A program made the translations under genes and the position numbers. Source: Oscillospiraceae bacterium (GTDB lineage Bacteria; Bacillota; Clostridia; Oscillospirales; Acutalibacteraceae). Taken from it: DNA of 49,654 nucleotides. The stretch covers positions 1-49,654 of the forward strand of contig SVOD01000002.1 of NCBI GenBank assembly GCA_015066575.1, in the 5' to 3' direction. Of the stretch, positions 32,710 through 43,200 are shown in pieces. The notes beneath the pieces are model-generated. The model was not told where the DNA came from. It saw only the letters and a program-made list of their open reading frames with translations, and ran no database searches. Every line of letters begins with the position of its first letter. The stretch's first letter is position 1.

Positions 32710-35700
32710 TTAGAAGTTTTCCTTTCTTCTCTTCTTGAGGGTTACAACTGCAAGACCGATGGAGGAAACAAGGATGATGGACATCACAACTAATGTCGCA
32801 TTATCGCCTGTGCGAGCAGTTCTGCTGTAGGAGCTTCTTCTGCTGCTGTCTTTCTTATCGGTATTGCCGCCTTCTTCCTTAATCTTTCTTGCATTGTCTT
32901 CGAGATACTTGAGATAAGAAGCCATTTCGTCTACTTCAGCCTGATTGGTAAACTCATTGTTGTCATACTTGTCATAAATATCATCGATGTAAGCTTTGAT
33001 TGCATCAAGATCTTCTTGGACATACTTACCGGTCTTCACCATTTGCTTATATCTCTCAACAAGCTTTTCAATGTCGGTCATATCCGGAACAAACTTGGTG
33101 TCAACCTGGTAAATTGCGGTGTAGACTGCATCGCCTGTTGCAGCAACCACTTCCTTATCCCAACCAACGAAGGTGTAGGTGGTGTTACCATCTACATAAT
33201 CATCCGGGGACGGAACGGTCGGCATAGCGCCATCTTCTACAGTCTGGAAGTGGTCAGTCAAGTGACCATCTTCTACTTCTGCTGCACTCTCGGCATATAT
33301 GAAGTTAATGGTGTAGGTAGTGGTAAGCGGGATTTCATCATACACAGCCGTGTAGGTGGTGTCGGCTTCTGCCACGCCTACTTCCTTATCCCACTGCTTG
33401 AACTTATACTGCATGGTAGCGGTAGTAAAGTCGTCCGGAGTCGGGATGCTCGGCATAGCGCCCTGTGCATACACAGCGCTGTGATCAGCATAGGAGCCGC
33501 TTTCAGCCTGGGTAGCATCGTCAGCATACTTGAAGTTGATGGTGTAGGTCGGGGTAACAACCGGAGTCTCGGTGTACTGAGCGGTGTAGGTAGCATCGCC
33601 GTCTACCGGTGCGATTGCCGGATCCCAACCGGTGAAGTCATACTGTGTACCAGCCACAACAAAGCCTGTTGCCGGGTCTGCGATAGTCGGCGTGTCACCA
33701 AAGGCAACATCCATCGTATCGGTCACGGTCGAAGCATCTGTCGGGTCTTTCGTCACAACAGTAATGGTATACATTCTCGGGCTTTCGTTGAATACAGCAG
33801 TGTATTCAGCATCACCCTGGCAAGTGGTAACCACTTCCGGAGTCCAACCTGTAAAGCTGTAAACCGTGGAAACGGAGGGAGCCTTGGTCGGATTATCCGG
33901 CAGGACAACCGTATCGCCATAGTGGAGAGTCTGAACATCGTAATCTGCACCGTCTACAGTAAACTTAACAGTGTAGTCAATGTAAGTCGGGGTGTAGGTT
34001 GCCTTGTAGGTTTCATCGCCCTGGCAAGTAGCCACTACAGCCGGATTCCATCCTGCAAAGCTGTAGGTGTAGGTTTCGTCATCCGGTCTGGTCGGATCAT
34101 CCGGAACCGTAATGGTATCGCCCCAGTGATAGGTACCACTGCTGATGGGTTCATCATTGTAATCTACGAATGCAATGTCATACTCAATGTAGGTCGGGGT
34201 GTAAGTTGCCTTGTAGGTCACATTGCCTTGGCAAGTAGCCTCAACTGCCGGATCCCAACCTGCAAAGTCGTAGTGGTAGGTTTCGTCATTCGGTCTGGTC
34301 GGATCTACCGGAACCTGAATCGTATCGCCCCAGTGATAGGTTTCACTGCTGATGGGTGTAGAGTCATAATCTACAAATGCCACCGTGTACTCTTTATAAG
34401 TCGGGGTGAAGCTGCCGTTATAGGTTGCATTGGCAGTTACCTTTTCGGAAACCTGCGGTTCCCAACCTGCAAAGGCATAGGTGTAGGTATTGTCTTCCTG
34501 CTTCACCGGGTCTACCGGAACAACGAGGTCAACATTGTAGTTGTAGGTGCCTGTTGCATATTCCTGACCGTCTACATTAAAGGTTACGGTGTAAACAATC
34601 TTCTCCAAGCCGGTGATAGCATCATTAATTGCTGCAGTTGCATCATCCACCTGTTGCTGCTGGGATTCACCCAAGCCGGGTTGTACATTATTGTCAACCG
34701 CATTCTGCAAAGCTCCAAGAGTTTCCTCTGTGTAAATCTTATCGGCATCCGGTGTGGTCAAAATGCGCTCTGCATTGCCGACGGCAGTCTCGTTTGCACT
34801 GTAGTCTGCCGGCAGGAACTGACTGCTGTAGTCAGCAACATAAGTGACATTCGCAGTAGCCGGAGCGATTTCGGCAGGCACGTTGTCAACCTTCCACTCA
34901 AGGAAGGAATACTCGTAGTCATTCTCCGTGTAGTTCGGAGTTGCCGGAGCTTGCGGAGTCTCACCGTAATCCAAGATTCTCTCGGTGGTGCCTTCGTGAG
35001 TGATAAAGGTGATGGTGAACTGGTTCGGCACTAACTCGAAGTTGTTGAGTTCGCCTGCCTTCGCGTCCACATCGCCCTGTTGGCTCTTGAGCGGTTCGCT
35101 CTGTGCAAGTGCATTTGCCTCGCTGACTAAGCGGTTAAAGTCTTCTGCATTTGCATACTTCTCATCGAAGTTTGCTTCTTGCTGCTTCTGCTCTGCTGCA
35201 GAAATAGCATCATTGAGAGTAGTAAGGTCAGCATAGTTCGTGGTTTCGCTATACTGAGCGGTATAGGTAGCATCCTGGGTCGGGGTGGTTTCAACCTCTG
35301 CGCCCCAACCGGTAAAGGTGTAGGAAGTATTACCGTCTTGAGAATCCGGTCTGGTCGGATCCTGAGGAACAGTGATGGAGTTGCCGGCGTTCACGGTCTG
35401 CGTGGAAATCTCGCTACCATCCCAATCCTGGAATACGATAGTATAAGTGGTCACAGGTTGACCCTTCGGCACCAAAGTGCTGTTTTTGATTGCGTTGGTC
35501 AACGCATCAATAGCGCCCTGTTGGCTCTGACCAATCTGTGCGGGAGGATTCAGATATTGCTCTGCTTCGCCCAGCTTCTGATTAAGAGCTGCAACAGATT
35601 CATCTGTCCATTCGGTACCGCTGTCTCTCTCGGCAATCTTATTGTTGACTGCAGTCTGGAGCGCAGTAGTATCTGCCGGTACAAAACTACCCTCGTACTG

Positions 35701-37800
35701 AGCATCGTAAGTAGCATTGCCATCTACCGCTGCAAAGTCGGGTGACCAACCGGTAAGGGTGTAGTGATAATCGCCATCATCATAGCTTTCGGGAACTACG
35801 GGTGCCTTTGCGGCAACAGCCTGCGCGGTAGCACCGTATTGGAAGGTTTCCGTAGTCGGGTCACTGTTGGGAACCACATAGGTGATGGTGTAATCCTGCA
35901 AAGTCAAAGCAGTGATGGCATCTGTGATAGCCGTTGCCATTGCGTCTACATCGCCTTGCCGGCTGACAGGCAGGTCGCGCACAACGCGATTAATGGCATC
36001 TGTCAAAACTTGCCTTGAATCCCCTGTGTACTTCTTCGCATAATCGGTTTGACCGGTCATTTCATTAGCTGCTGAAATAGCATTGTCAACAGCGGTGTAA
36101 TCTGCCTTGTTGGCAACCTCGTTGTACTGAGCGGTGTATTCGGTAACACCTGCCGAAACCGTACCGAGAGCGGGATCCCAACCGGTAAACTCATAAGTGG
36201 TGTTGCCATCTGCAGTGGTAACGGTCTGTGCATTCGGTGCATAGTTCGCTACACTGGTGCCCAGTTCCGCTGCCGGAACATCGAGCGTTGTTAACTCTGC
36301 ATTAGCATCTCTGTAATTGAAAGAAATAGCAATGGTCTTAGCAACCGGATCAGCATATTTTGCAGTGAAGGTGGCTTCGCCGGAGCAAGTGGGAAGATCT
36401 ACTACTTCGCCGGTGCTGTCCTTCCAACCCTGGAATGCCTGGGTATAGGTGTCAGCATCAATATCTGCTTGGGAACCTTCGGGAGCAACGATTTGCGCAC
36501 CTTCGGTGAACGGAACTGTGGTGCTCTGTTCGCCTTCAGCGGTCTGCCATACAAAGGTGATATTATAGGTCGCTGCAACCGGTACTAAGGCTCTTCTGGC
36601 ATCTACCAAATCATTCAAAGCGGTTTCAATCTCGCCAGCGGTCGGCCAATCTGCGGGATTCTCGCTTGCGTTGTTAGTCAAAACAGTTTGTGCTGCCGCT
36701 AACTTTTGAGCAAAGGTATCCCAACCGGACTGATAATCTTCTTCCTTAAGAGCTTCGTCGCTTGTCACTTCGGTTTGAAGTGAAGAAGCGTCGTTCTTCG
36801 TCTTTGTGTACTGTGCAGTGTAGGTAGCATCTGCAGTAGCAGGATTGACAACTTCTTTATCCCAACCGTTTGCGGTATAAGTAAAGTTGCCATCGGTATA
36901 ATTGACTAATGTGGGAACTTCAAATTCATCCACACCATCATTGGTGATTTCGACATCGTCTGCCGCGGTACCGTCTGCCTTCTTAATGCCGGTGAATGTA
37001 ACGGTATAAGAAGAAACCGGATCAAAATCGGAAGAGAAGCCGATATCCACGCTGTTCGGGTAACCTGCAGCCTCTTTTGCGCTGGATACATAGGAAAGTG
37101 CATCGACAACGCTGGGGGTGCCGGAACCGGGGCCGATATCGGAATCGGTGCCCAAATTGATTGCTGCTTTACAATCGGCAAGAGTTTTGCCTTCCTGCGG
37201 TTTCAGGTAAAGGTGAGAGAGCGTAACGGTAACCGGGCCGGTTGCGGGTGCTTCCTGTTCCCAGTACTCATAACCATCTTCACTGTTACCTGCCATCTGG
37301 ATAATCACTTTACCCGCCGTGTTCTTAGAAAGCGTAGACATGCTGTTCATAGCAAATGTCGCGGTTTCTTCTCCGGTGTCATCCAGCGGAATTTCAGCGG
37401 GGATTAAAGCCCAATCCTTAGACGCGTTAATGAACTTGAGGCTTGCTTCATCCACTAAGGCAAGCATTGCAGCCATATTCGGATTGCCTCTGGTGCGGCT
37501 CGCTTTACTGACTGTGCTCACAACGTCAGGGTCGATTGTGATAACCTGATTAAAGGTTTTTAAGACTCTTTCATCGCCTTCTTCAAGCTTAGAATAGTCG
37601 ATAGTGGCTTGTAAAGCAACATCGATTAAGCCTGCATACTTACCGGTCGATTCATCGGCGATAGAAACGTCTACATACAAGTCAGTAGCGTCACCAATCT
37701 TGTTTTTTTCGACCCCTGCACTCGTAATCAGTTGGATCGGAATCATGGAAAAGACCATGACCAATGCAAGTGCAAGGCTCAAAACTTTTTTGACCTTCAT
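32710..37800 (-). CDS. Giant cell-wall-anchored surface protein with 13 Listeria-Bacteroides (Flg_new-type) repeats and FIVAR-like helical modules
   Basis: The product is 1696 aa, with RBS GGAGG 7 nt upstream and signal peptide MKVKKVLSLALALVMVFSMIP. I counted 13 repeats by eye with the signature Y.(V/I).F....G......Y..G.....P..P.....Y.F.GW(D/N/T)P......D.TY.A.Y. The C-terminus has TARTGD, a hydrophobic helix and KKRRKENF. Confidence 0.8.
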   Translation of the reverse strand: MKVKKVLSLALALVMVFSMIPIQLITSAGVEKNKIGDATDLYVDVSIADESTGKYAGLIDVALQATIDYSKLEEGDERVLKTFNQVITIDPDVVSTVSKASRTRGNPNMAAMLALVDEASLKFINASKDWALIPAEIPLDDTGEETATFAMNSMSTLSKNTAGKVIIQMAGNSEDGYEYWEQEAPATGPVTVTLSHLYLKPQEGKTLADCKAAINLGTDSDIGPGSGTPSVVDALSYVSSAKEAAGYPNSVDIGFSSDFDPVSSYTVTFTGIKKADGTAADDVEITNDGVDEFEVPTLVNYTDGNFTYTANGWDKEVVNPATADATYTAQYTKTKNDASSLQTEVTSDEALKEEDYQSGWDTFAQKLAAAQTVLTNNASENPADWPTAGEIETALNDLVDARRALVPVAATYNITFVWQTAEGEQSTTVPFTEGAQIVAPEGSQADIDADTYTQAFQGWKDSTGEVVDLPTCSGEATFTAKYADPVAKTIAISFNYRDANAELTTLDVPAAELGTSVANYAPNAQTVTTADGNTTYEFTGWDPALGTVSAGVTEYTAQYNEVANKADYTAVDNAISAANEMTGQTDYAKKYTGDSRQVLTDAINRVVRDLPVSRQGDVDAMATAITDAITALTLQDYTITYVVPNSDPTTETFQYGATAQAVAAKAPVVPESYDDGDYHYTLTGWSPDFAAVDGNATYDAQYEGSFVPADTTALQTAVNNKIAERDSGTEWTDESVAALNQKLGEAEQYLNPPAQIGQSQQGAIDALTNAIKNSTLVPKGQPVTTYTIVFQDWDGSEISTQTVNAGNSITVPQDPTRPDSQDGNTSYTFTGWGAEVETTPTQDATYTAQYSETTNYADLTTLNDAISAAEQKQQEANFDEKYANAEDFNRLVSEANALAQSEPLKSQQGDVDAKAGELNNFELVPNQFTITFITHEGTTERILDYGETPQAPATPNYTENDYEYSFLEWKVDNVPAEIAPATANVTYVADYSSQFLPADYSANETAVGNAERILTTPDADKIYTEETLGALQNAVDNNVQPGLGESQQQQVDDATAAINDAITGLEKIVYTVTFNVDGQEYATGTYNYNVDLVVPVDPVKQEDNTYTYAFAGWEPQVSEKVTANATYNGSFTPTYKEYTVAFVDYDSTPISSETYHWGDTIQVPVDPTRPNDETYHYDFAGWDPAVEATCQGNVTYKATYTPTYIEYDIAFVDYNDEPISSGTYHWGDTITVPDDPTRPDDETYTYSFAGWNPAVVATCQGDETYKATYTPTYIDYTVKFTVDGADYDVQTLHYGDTVVLPDNPTKAPSVSTVYSFTGWTPEVVTTCQGDAEYTAVFNESPRMYTITVVTKDPTDASTVTDTMDVAFGDTPTIADPATGFVVAGTQYDFTGWDPAIAPVDGDATYTAQYTETPVVTPTYTINFKYADDATQAESGSYADHSAVYAQGAMPSIPTPDDFTTATMQYKFKQWDKEVGVAEADTTYTAVYDEIPLTTTYTINFIYAESAAEVEDGHLTDHFQTVEDGAMPTVPSPDDYVDGNTTYTFVGWDKEVVAATGDAVYTAIYQVDTKFVPDMTDIEKLVERYKQMVKTGKYVQEDLDAIKAYIDDIYDKYDNNEFTNQAEVDEMASYLKYLEDNARKIKEEGGNTDKKDSSRRSSYSRTARTGDNATLVVMSIILVSSIGLAVVTLKKRRKENF

Positions 37801-37904
37801 AAATTTACCTCCATGAAATATTTTATATACATAATCTTCAAGATTTGCATTTTTTGATCATCTGCTACCAATATTGACTCAAAAAGTGCATGCTTTCGGA
37901 TTAG

Positions 37905-39050
37905 TTATAACGATTTTTTCTTTTTATTTTTAAGTAAGATAACAACAATGACTGCTGCCAGAGCCGCAACGGCTGCACAGATACCGATAATCAGCCACTT
38001 GGATTCGCCGGTCTTTGCCGGTGCCTCCAACTTTTCGGCAACTTCGGGGAACTCTTTTTCGAGTGCCTCCTGTGCCTTGCGCAGATTCTCGAGCGCCTGT
38101 TGCTTTTGCTCAGGTGTGGCATTTTTATCTGCCAACACCGCTTCTGCTTCCTCTACCGCCTTTTCATAGGCTTTGTAGGATGCACTTTGCTTTTGCTCGG
38201 GTGTAAAATCAACTGCTTTTGCCGCAGCCACGCGCTGTTGTAACTCACTTTCCACTTGAGCTTCGCTCATCTCGCTGACCGGTTTGGTCGCCGGCGCCGC
38301 GGTAGTGGTTTTTGTTTCTTTCGTAGTTTTCTCGGTTTCCTTCTGCTTGGTAGCAGGCTCGGTTTCGGTAGGCACCTCGCCGCCATCCATCAGCGCTTCA
38401 TCCACTGAAAGCTGAATGGGACTGACCCCTTTACCGATTTCGGTTTTGGAACTGATTTCGGTCACAAAGACAGCTTTTGCGGGGCAATCTTTACCGATTT
38501 CCGCCTGCTTGCAAAGCCTGATAGCGCCTGCCGGCAGTTTGCCTTCGGCTTTGGTTTTGAGGTAGAGGGTTGCCACTTTGGTTTTTTGCGCCAAATTGAC
38601 ACCGTTGTTGGCATCGTTTGCCATACCGCACAAGAAGATGTACATCTGCTTGCTGCTTTCGTTGTAGGAAGCGATGCTCAACCCTCGAAAGCCCGAAAAC
38701 TCCGGGTCTTCGCTGCCGGAGGAAGCCGCCGCCACGGTGGAGGACTTCCCGAGAGTACTCATATCTTTTTTGTAAGTATCGGTGGTAGCGTCACCCTTTT
38801 TGTTGACAATATCGATGTAATCGGTATTGAAAACAATCGTCGCGCCGAGTGTCGTAATCGCGGCATTCGGGTCGGATTTGCAGTACATTTCCACAAGCAT
38901 ATTGCCGGGAGCGGAAGTATCTTCCACTTTTTTGACTGCAAACTCAAAGGATGAGGCTTCGGAGAGGGTGGCTGCAACTGCGTGAAATCCCGCGCACTGC
39001 AGCACCATCACCAAGAGCAGTGCAATACTGCACCATTTAATCTTTTTCAA
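37905..39050 (-). CDS. Sortase-anchored protein carrying a cohesin-like module (candidate anchoring scaffoldin)
   Basis: The likely start is the TTG at 39050, with AGGTGA 7 nt upstream, giving signal peptide (M)KKIKWCSIALLLVMVLQCAGFHAVAA. The supplied ATG at 39107 lies inside the upstream gene and has no RBS. The N-terminal ~190-aa beta-rich module is homologous to the N-terminal module of 39070-40215. A T/E/K linker and a helical region follow, then the C-terminal PAKTGE + hydrophobic helix + KNKKKKSL. Confidence 0.65.
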   Translation of the reverse strand: MKKIKWCSIALLLVMVLQCAGFHAVAATLSEASSFEFAVKKVEDTSAPGNMLVEMYCKSDPNAAITTLGATIVFNTDYIDIVNKKGDATTDTYKKDMSTLGKSSTVAAASSGSEDPEFSGFRGLSIASYNESSKQMYIFLCGMANDANNGVNLAQKTKVATLYLKTKAEGKLPAGAIRLCKQAEIGKDCPAKAVFVTEISSKTEIGKGVSPIQLSVDEALMDGGEVPTETEPATKQKETEKTTKETKTTTAAPATKPVSEMSEAQVESELQQRVAAAKAVDFTPEQKQSASYKAYEKAVEEAEAVLADKNATPEQKQQALENLRKAQEALEKEFPEVAEKLEAPAKTGESKWLIIGICAAVAALAAVIVVILLKNKKKKSL

Positions 39051-39069
39051 ACTGTATTCACCTGAAAAA

Positions 39070-40215
39070 TTATAAGTTAATGACTTGATGCTCTGCATCC
39101 ATACCATAGTGGCTGGCGAGCAGGATAATACCGAGGTCCTGACCGGTTACGGTACCGCTACCATCGACATCACAAGCATCGTCCGGACCAACTTCCTGAC
39201 CGTATTCGGTAAAGAGTTGGGCAATATCCTGACCGGCAATCGCACCGTTTTGGTCACAATCACCGAAGAGCAGGTAGATGCTTGGCGGCACAGCGGTTTC
39301 GCCTGCCTCAACGACCAAGTTATTGATGGTGAAGCCTACGGAACCCGGTGCGGAAATCTGAATGCTGTAAATGCCTTCTTCCACATCGTCAAAGCTGTAA
39401 CCTGCGGTACCTTGGGTAGTAGTGGTGTACTCGTTGTCGTCATTATACAGTCTGACCGTAATGGTCGCAACGGCATTGTCGACCTGGCTGATGCCCGCGG
39501 AACCGTCCACAGCGCCATTAAGGGTGGGAAGGGTAACGGTGATATCGGTTACAAAGTTTTCCGGAACCGGCTCAAAAATGACATCTTTGGAAGACACCGC
39601 ACCCGGATAAATCGCGGGAGACGGGCAACCGCCGGTTTCTCTCCACTCGCTAACCTCCATCTTTCTGATGTTGGTTTCACTGAACTTCTGACCCTCTTTA
39701 AGCTGCAGGTAGAAATCTGCAATTTGGCACTTACCGTCTACTGTCAAGCCGTCGTAAGAACAGCCGCTGACAAAGAGGTAGAAGGTGTCGGTATCGCTGT
39801 TGTAGGAAATCATGCTGAATTCACCCAAACGAATGAATTTTTCGCCTTCATCCACAGCAGTGGCTTCGAGTGCAAAGTCGCTGCCGACCTGCTTGCTGTT
39901 GGTTTTGTAATCATCGGTAATAATCTCGCCGGTCTTGCTGACAAAATCATACACACTGCCATCGAGCGCCAAAGCAGCGCCGAAGCCGTCGATTAACTCG
40001 GTATTGTCTGTAGTGAGGTATAAACCTACCTCAAGGTTTCCTGCGGAACCCGCAGCCGCTTTGCTGACAACAAAGTCATAAGCGGATGATTCCGATAAAG
40101 CACTTGCACTTGCACTAAAAGCAAACGGAACCTGTAACAACATAGCAAGCACTAAAACGGGCACTAAAACTTTCAAAATTTTTCTTTTCATAGCTCTTCT
40201 CGATTCTTCATTCAT
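39070..40215 (-). CDS. Secreted protein: cohesin-like module + prealbumin/Cna-B-like domain + dockerin (candidate adaptor)
   Basis: The product is 381 aa, or 373 aa from the ATG at 40191. The signal peptide is ...KRKILKVLVPVLVLAMLLQVPFAFSASA. The C-terminal 69 aa carry two EF-hand-like dockerin loops, GDCDQNGAIAGQD and CDVDGSGTVTGQD. Confidence 0.7.
   Translation of the reverse strand: MNEESRRAMKRKILKVLVPVLVLAMLLQVPFAFSASASALSESSAYDFVVSKAAAGSAGNLEVGLYLTTDNTELIDGFGAALALDGSVYDFVSKTGEIITDDYKTNSKQVGSDFALEATAVDEGEKFIRLGEFSMISYNSDTDTFYLFVSGCSYDGLTVDGKCQIADFYLQLKEGQKFSETNIRKMEVSEWRETGGCPSPAIYPGAVSSKDVIFEPVPENFVTDITVTLPTLNGAVDGSAGISQVDNAVATITVRLYNDDNEYTTTTQGTAGYSFDDVEEGIYSIQISAPGSVGFTINNLVVEAGETAVPPSIYLLFGDCDQNGAIAGQDIAQLFTEYGQEVGPDDACDVDGSGTVTGQDLGIILLASHYGMDAEHQVINL
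39073..39279 (-). other. Dockerin module of the 381-aa protein
   Basis: The sequence is IYLLFGDCDQNGAIAGQDIAQLFTEYGQEVGPDDACDVDGSGTVTGQDLGIILLASHYG. It has two D-x-D-x-(N/S)-G-x-(I/V)-x-x-x-D calcium-binding loops, each followed by a helix. Confidence 0.75.
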
Positions 40216-40272
40216 TAATATTTGTTTCTTATTAATTACTGACCTTATTAATATTTAATAACATTAATAACC

Positions 40273-43200
40273 TTAATCAAGTGTCATGACCTGTGTGCTG
40301 CTATCCATACCGTAGTGGCTGGAAAGTAAGATAATACCGAGGTCCTGACCGGTTACGGTGCCGTTACCGTCTACATCACAGTAGTTATTCGGTGCAACTT
40401 CCTGACCGTATTCAGTGAAGAGAGCGGCAATGTCCTGACCGGAAATAACGCCGTTGTTATCGCAATCACCATAAAGCAGGTTGATGCTCGGGATTTCTTT
40501 GACTGCGCCTGCTTCAACCACCACATTGTAAACGGTGTAGCCGAGGGAACCGGCGGAAGCAATGGTCATGGTGTAAGTGCCCGGAAGCACATTTTCAAAG
40601 CTATAATCGCAAGCCTTGCCTTTTGCGGAAGCGGTGTATTCGTTCGTGCCGTCGGAAAGGGTGAGCAGAATATCCGCGCTCATATTGTCGCCGGTCAAAG
40701 CGCCGGTGACAGTACCGGTTTGAACTTCTGCAAGAAGCAAATCTGCCGGATCGCTATGCATAAAGGCTTCGGTAGTATCGTTAATAATTGCCGAGTAAAC
40801 GGAGTGCCCTGCTTCGGTGTTGGCGGCAAGCGGTGCATTCTTGATGTAAGAAGTGCTTGCTGCGCCGGTCGCCGTAAAGGTAAGGGTGGCAACCAAATCT
40901 CTGGAAGCTTCGGTCGGTGCAAGGGCTGCATCGAAGTCCGCTGCAATTTTCAGAATGCCGGCTTTACCCATCGCATCCAAACCGTAGTCGGCAGGATTGA
41001 AGGCAGCATCCATCGTTTCGGTGTAAATGGCTGTGCCGTTATTGATCTCGGCGGACTTAAAGGTCATTGCCTGAGCATCATACAGGGTAGCGAGCATGAT
41101 ACCGTCTACCGTATCGACCGGGTGGTTGAGATAAACCTTGACAACGATGTTGGTCGGGTCTTGTTCATCTACCTCTTGCACATACTCAAGGTTGGAGTAG
41201 AAGTATTCGTGGTCCACACCTTCCCAATCGGTTTCGCCTGCCCAGCTGGTGGTTAATTCAAGCGCATTTATCGCTGCTTGAAGGTCAGAGGTCAAGGCGT
41301 CGAGAGTGGGTTGATAGTCAATATCCTGCCCTCTTTGTACCATGTCGAGCACTGCCTGTACGGCTGCCACGGAATCGGAGGTGTAATACTGCTTGGGCAG
41401 GTTGTTGAACTGTGCTTCAAGAGCATCCCAAGCGGTGTAGTCCGCATCCTTCTTAACAAGTGCATTGAGTGCGCTTCTTAAGGTGGTGATGGCGGAAGCA
41501 ACTTCTTCATTGGTTGCGTTGTCATCATTATACACGGTGTTGGCTGTTGCCAATGCCGCTGTGACATCACTGAAGTCGGTGTACTTGTCGGGATCTAAAG
41601 CCTGAGCTTCATCGATAAGCTGTTTCAATGTGGTCTTATCTGCTTTGACAACAAGGTGATCCCACAGACCCTCTACGGCTGTTTTTGCATTATCAACCGT
41701 TGCCTGGTCAATAATCTTAAGCTCTTTGTCCAACGCATTGTCGATATCTGCAAGTTCCTGGGTAACCAAAGCGATGGAGTCGGGAGTGTAATCATCTTTT
41801 TGCAACTCTGCCTGTAAGGCTTCCACAGCTGCATTGTATGCCGAATAGTCGGCGGGCTTGTATTCGAGAGCGGAAATCGCTGCTTCAATGTCGGCAGCCA
41901 TGGTATCCACTTCGACCTGATGGGTTCTGCCTAAGCCTTCGACAACTGCATTGAGCGCTCCATCGAGCACTGCCAGGGAAGCATCGGTATAGAGATCCCT
42001 GTTAATTTCAGCCGCAGCAGCCTGTGCGATTGTCACTGCGCTGTAATCGGCTGCTACAAAGTCTCTGGTGTAGAGAGCGGTGTAGGTGGTGCTTTCCGTT
42101 GCGACAGCCGGTGCCTTATCCCAACCGGTGAAGGTGATTTGGTAGTCACCGTCTGTCGGGTCGGCGTGGTCTACAAGTTCCGGAACATCAGGCATGGTGT
42201 TTGCCTTCACGCTCTGCGTTTGGCTGACGCCTTCAATAATAAAGGTAATATCATAATAGATATCCTCGGAGGAATACTGCGCTGTGTAGGTGGTGTTGCC
42301 CGCGCAAGGTACCACAGCGGGATTCCAACCGATGAAGGAGTAGGTCTTGCCGCCTTCTTCATAACTCGGAACGGTGATGGAAGAGGTGTCCGGCATATCG
42401 CCCCAGTGTGTGGAAACATCCTGAGAGCCGCCTACCCATTCAAATGTAATGGTATAGTTTTTATATTCATTAGAATATTGTGCTGTATATGTTGTATCGC
42501 CCTGTACTGTTGTAACTTCCTTATCCCAATTCGAGAAGGTGTAGGTATAGGTATCATCTTCATAACCGGGAACGGTAGGAACGCTTACATTGTCACCATA
42601 ATGATAGGTGTCGGTAGAAATGACGCCGTCGTGACCGACAAAGGTAATGGTGTAGTTAATGTAATCCTGTCTGTATTGTGCCGTGTAGGTCGCACTTGCG
42701 GTGACCGTTGCGGGAACAGAAGGAGTCCAACCGGTAAAGGTATAGGTGTAAGTGTTGTCTGCCGGTTTGGTGGGATTGTCGGGTTGAATAAGAGTGTCAC
42801 CGTAGTGGTAGTCTCTGGTGTCGTAGACTTGGTTTTCATTGATAAAGGTAACGGTGTAAGTCTTAAACTCTTGACTATAAACCGCATCGTAGGTCGCATT
42901 GCCTGCGCAAGGCGCTAACGCGGGATTCCAACCGGTGAAGGTATAGGTATAAATATCATCCTCATAATCGGATACGGTCGGTGCCTGCGGTGTATCGCCC
43001 CAGTGCGCGTGAACCACTTCACTGCCGCCTGCCCAATTAAAGGTGATGTCGTAATTCTTCCAAGTTTCATCAAACTTCGCGGTATAGGTGGTATCGCCCG
43101 CAGCCGGACCAACTGCCGGGCTCCAACCGGAGAAGGTGTAAATCTTCGCATCATCTTCATAACCGCTCACAGTAGGAATGGCGGGCATCTCACCGGCAGT

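Noticed and set aside
33016-35034. A 672-aa ORF on the + strand, antisense to the 1696-aa surface-protein gene. Similar antisense ORFs lie at 35179-35745, 39085-39996, 40720-41256, 42139-42918 and 43003-43902.
   Set aside because: These ORFs mirror periodic, codon-biased repeat genes whose sense frames have clear signal peptides, RBSs and domain signatures. The antisense translations are Cys/Arg/Gly/Ile-rich low complexity, and they have no RBS.
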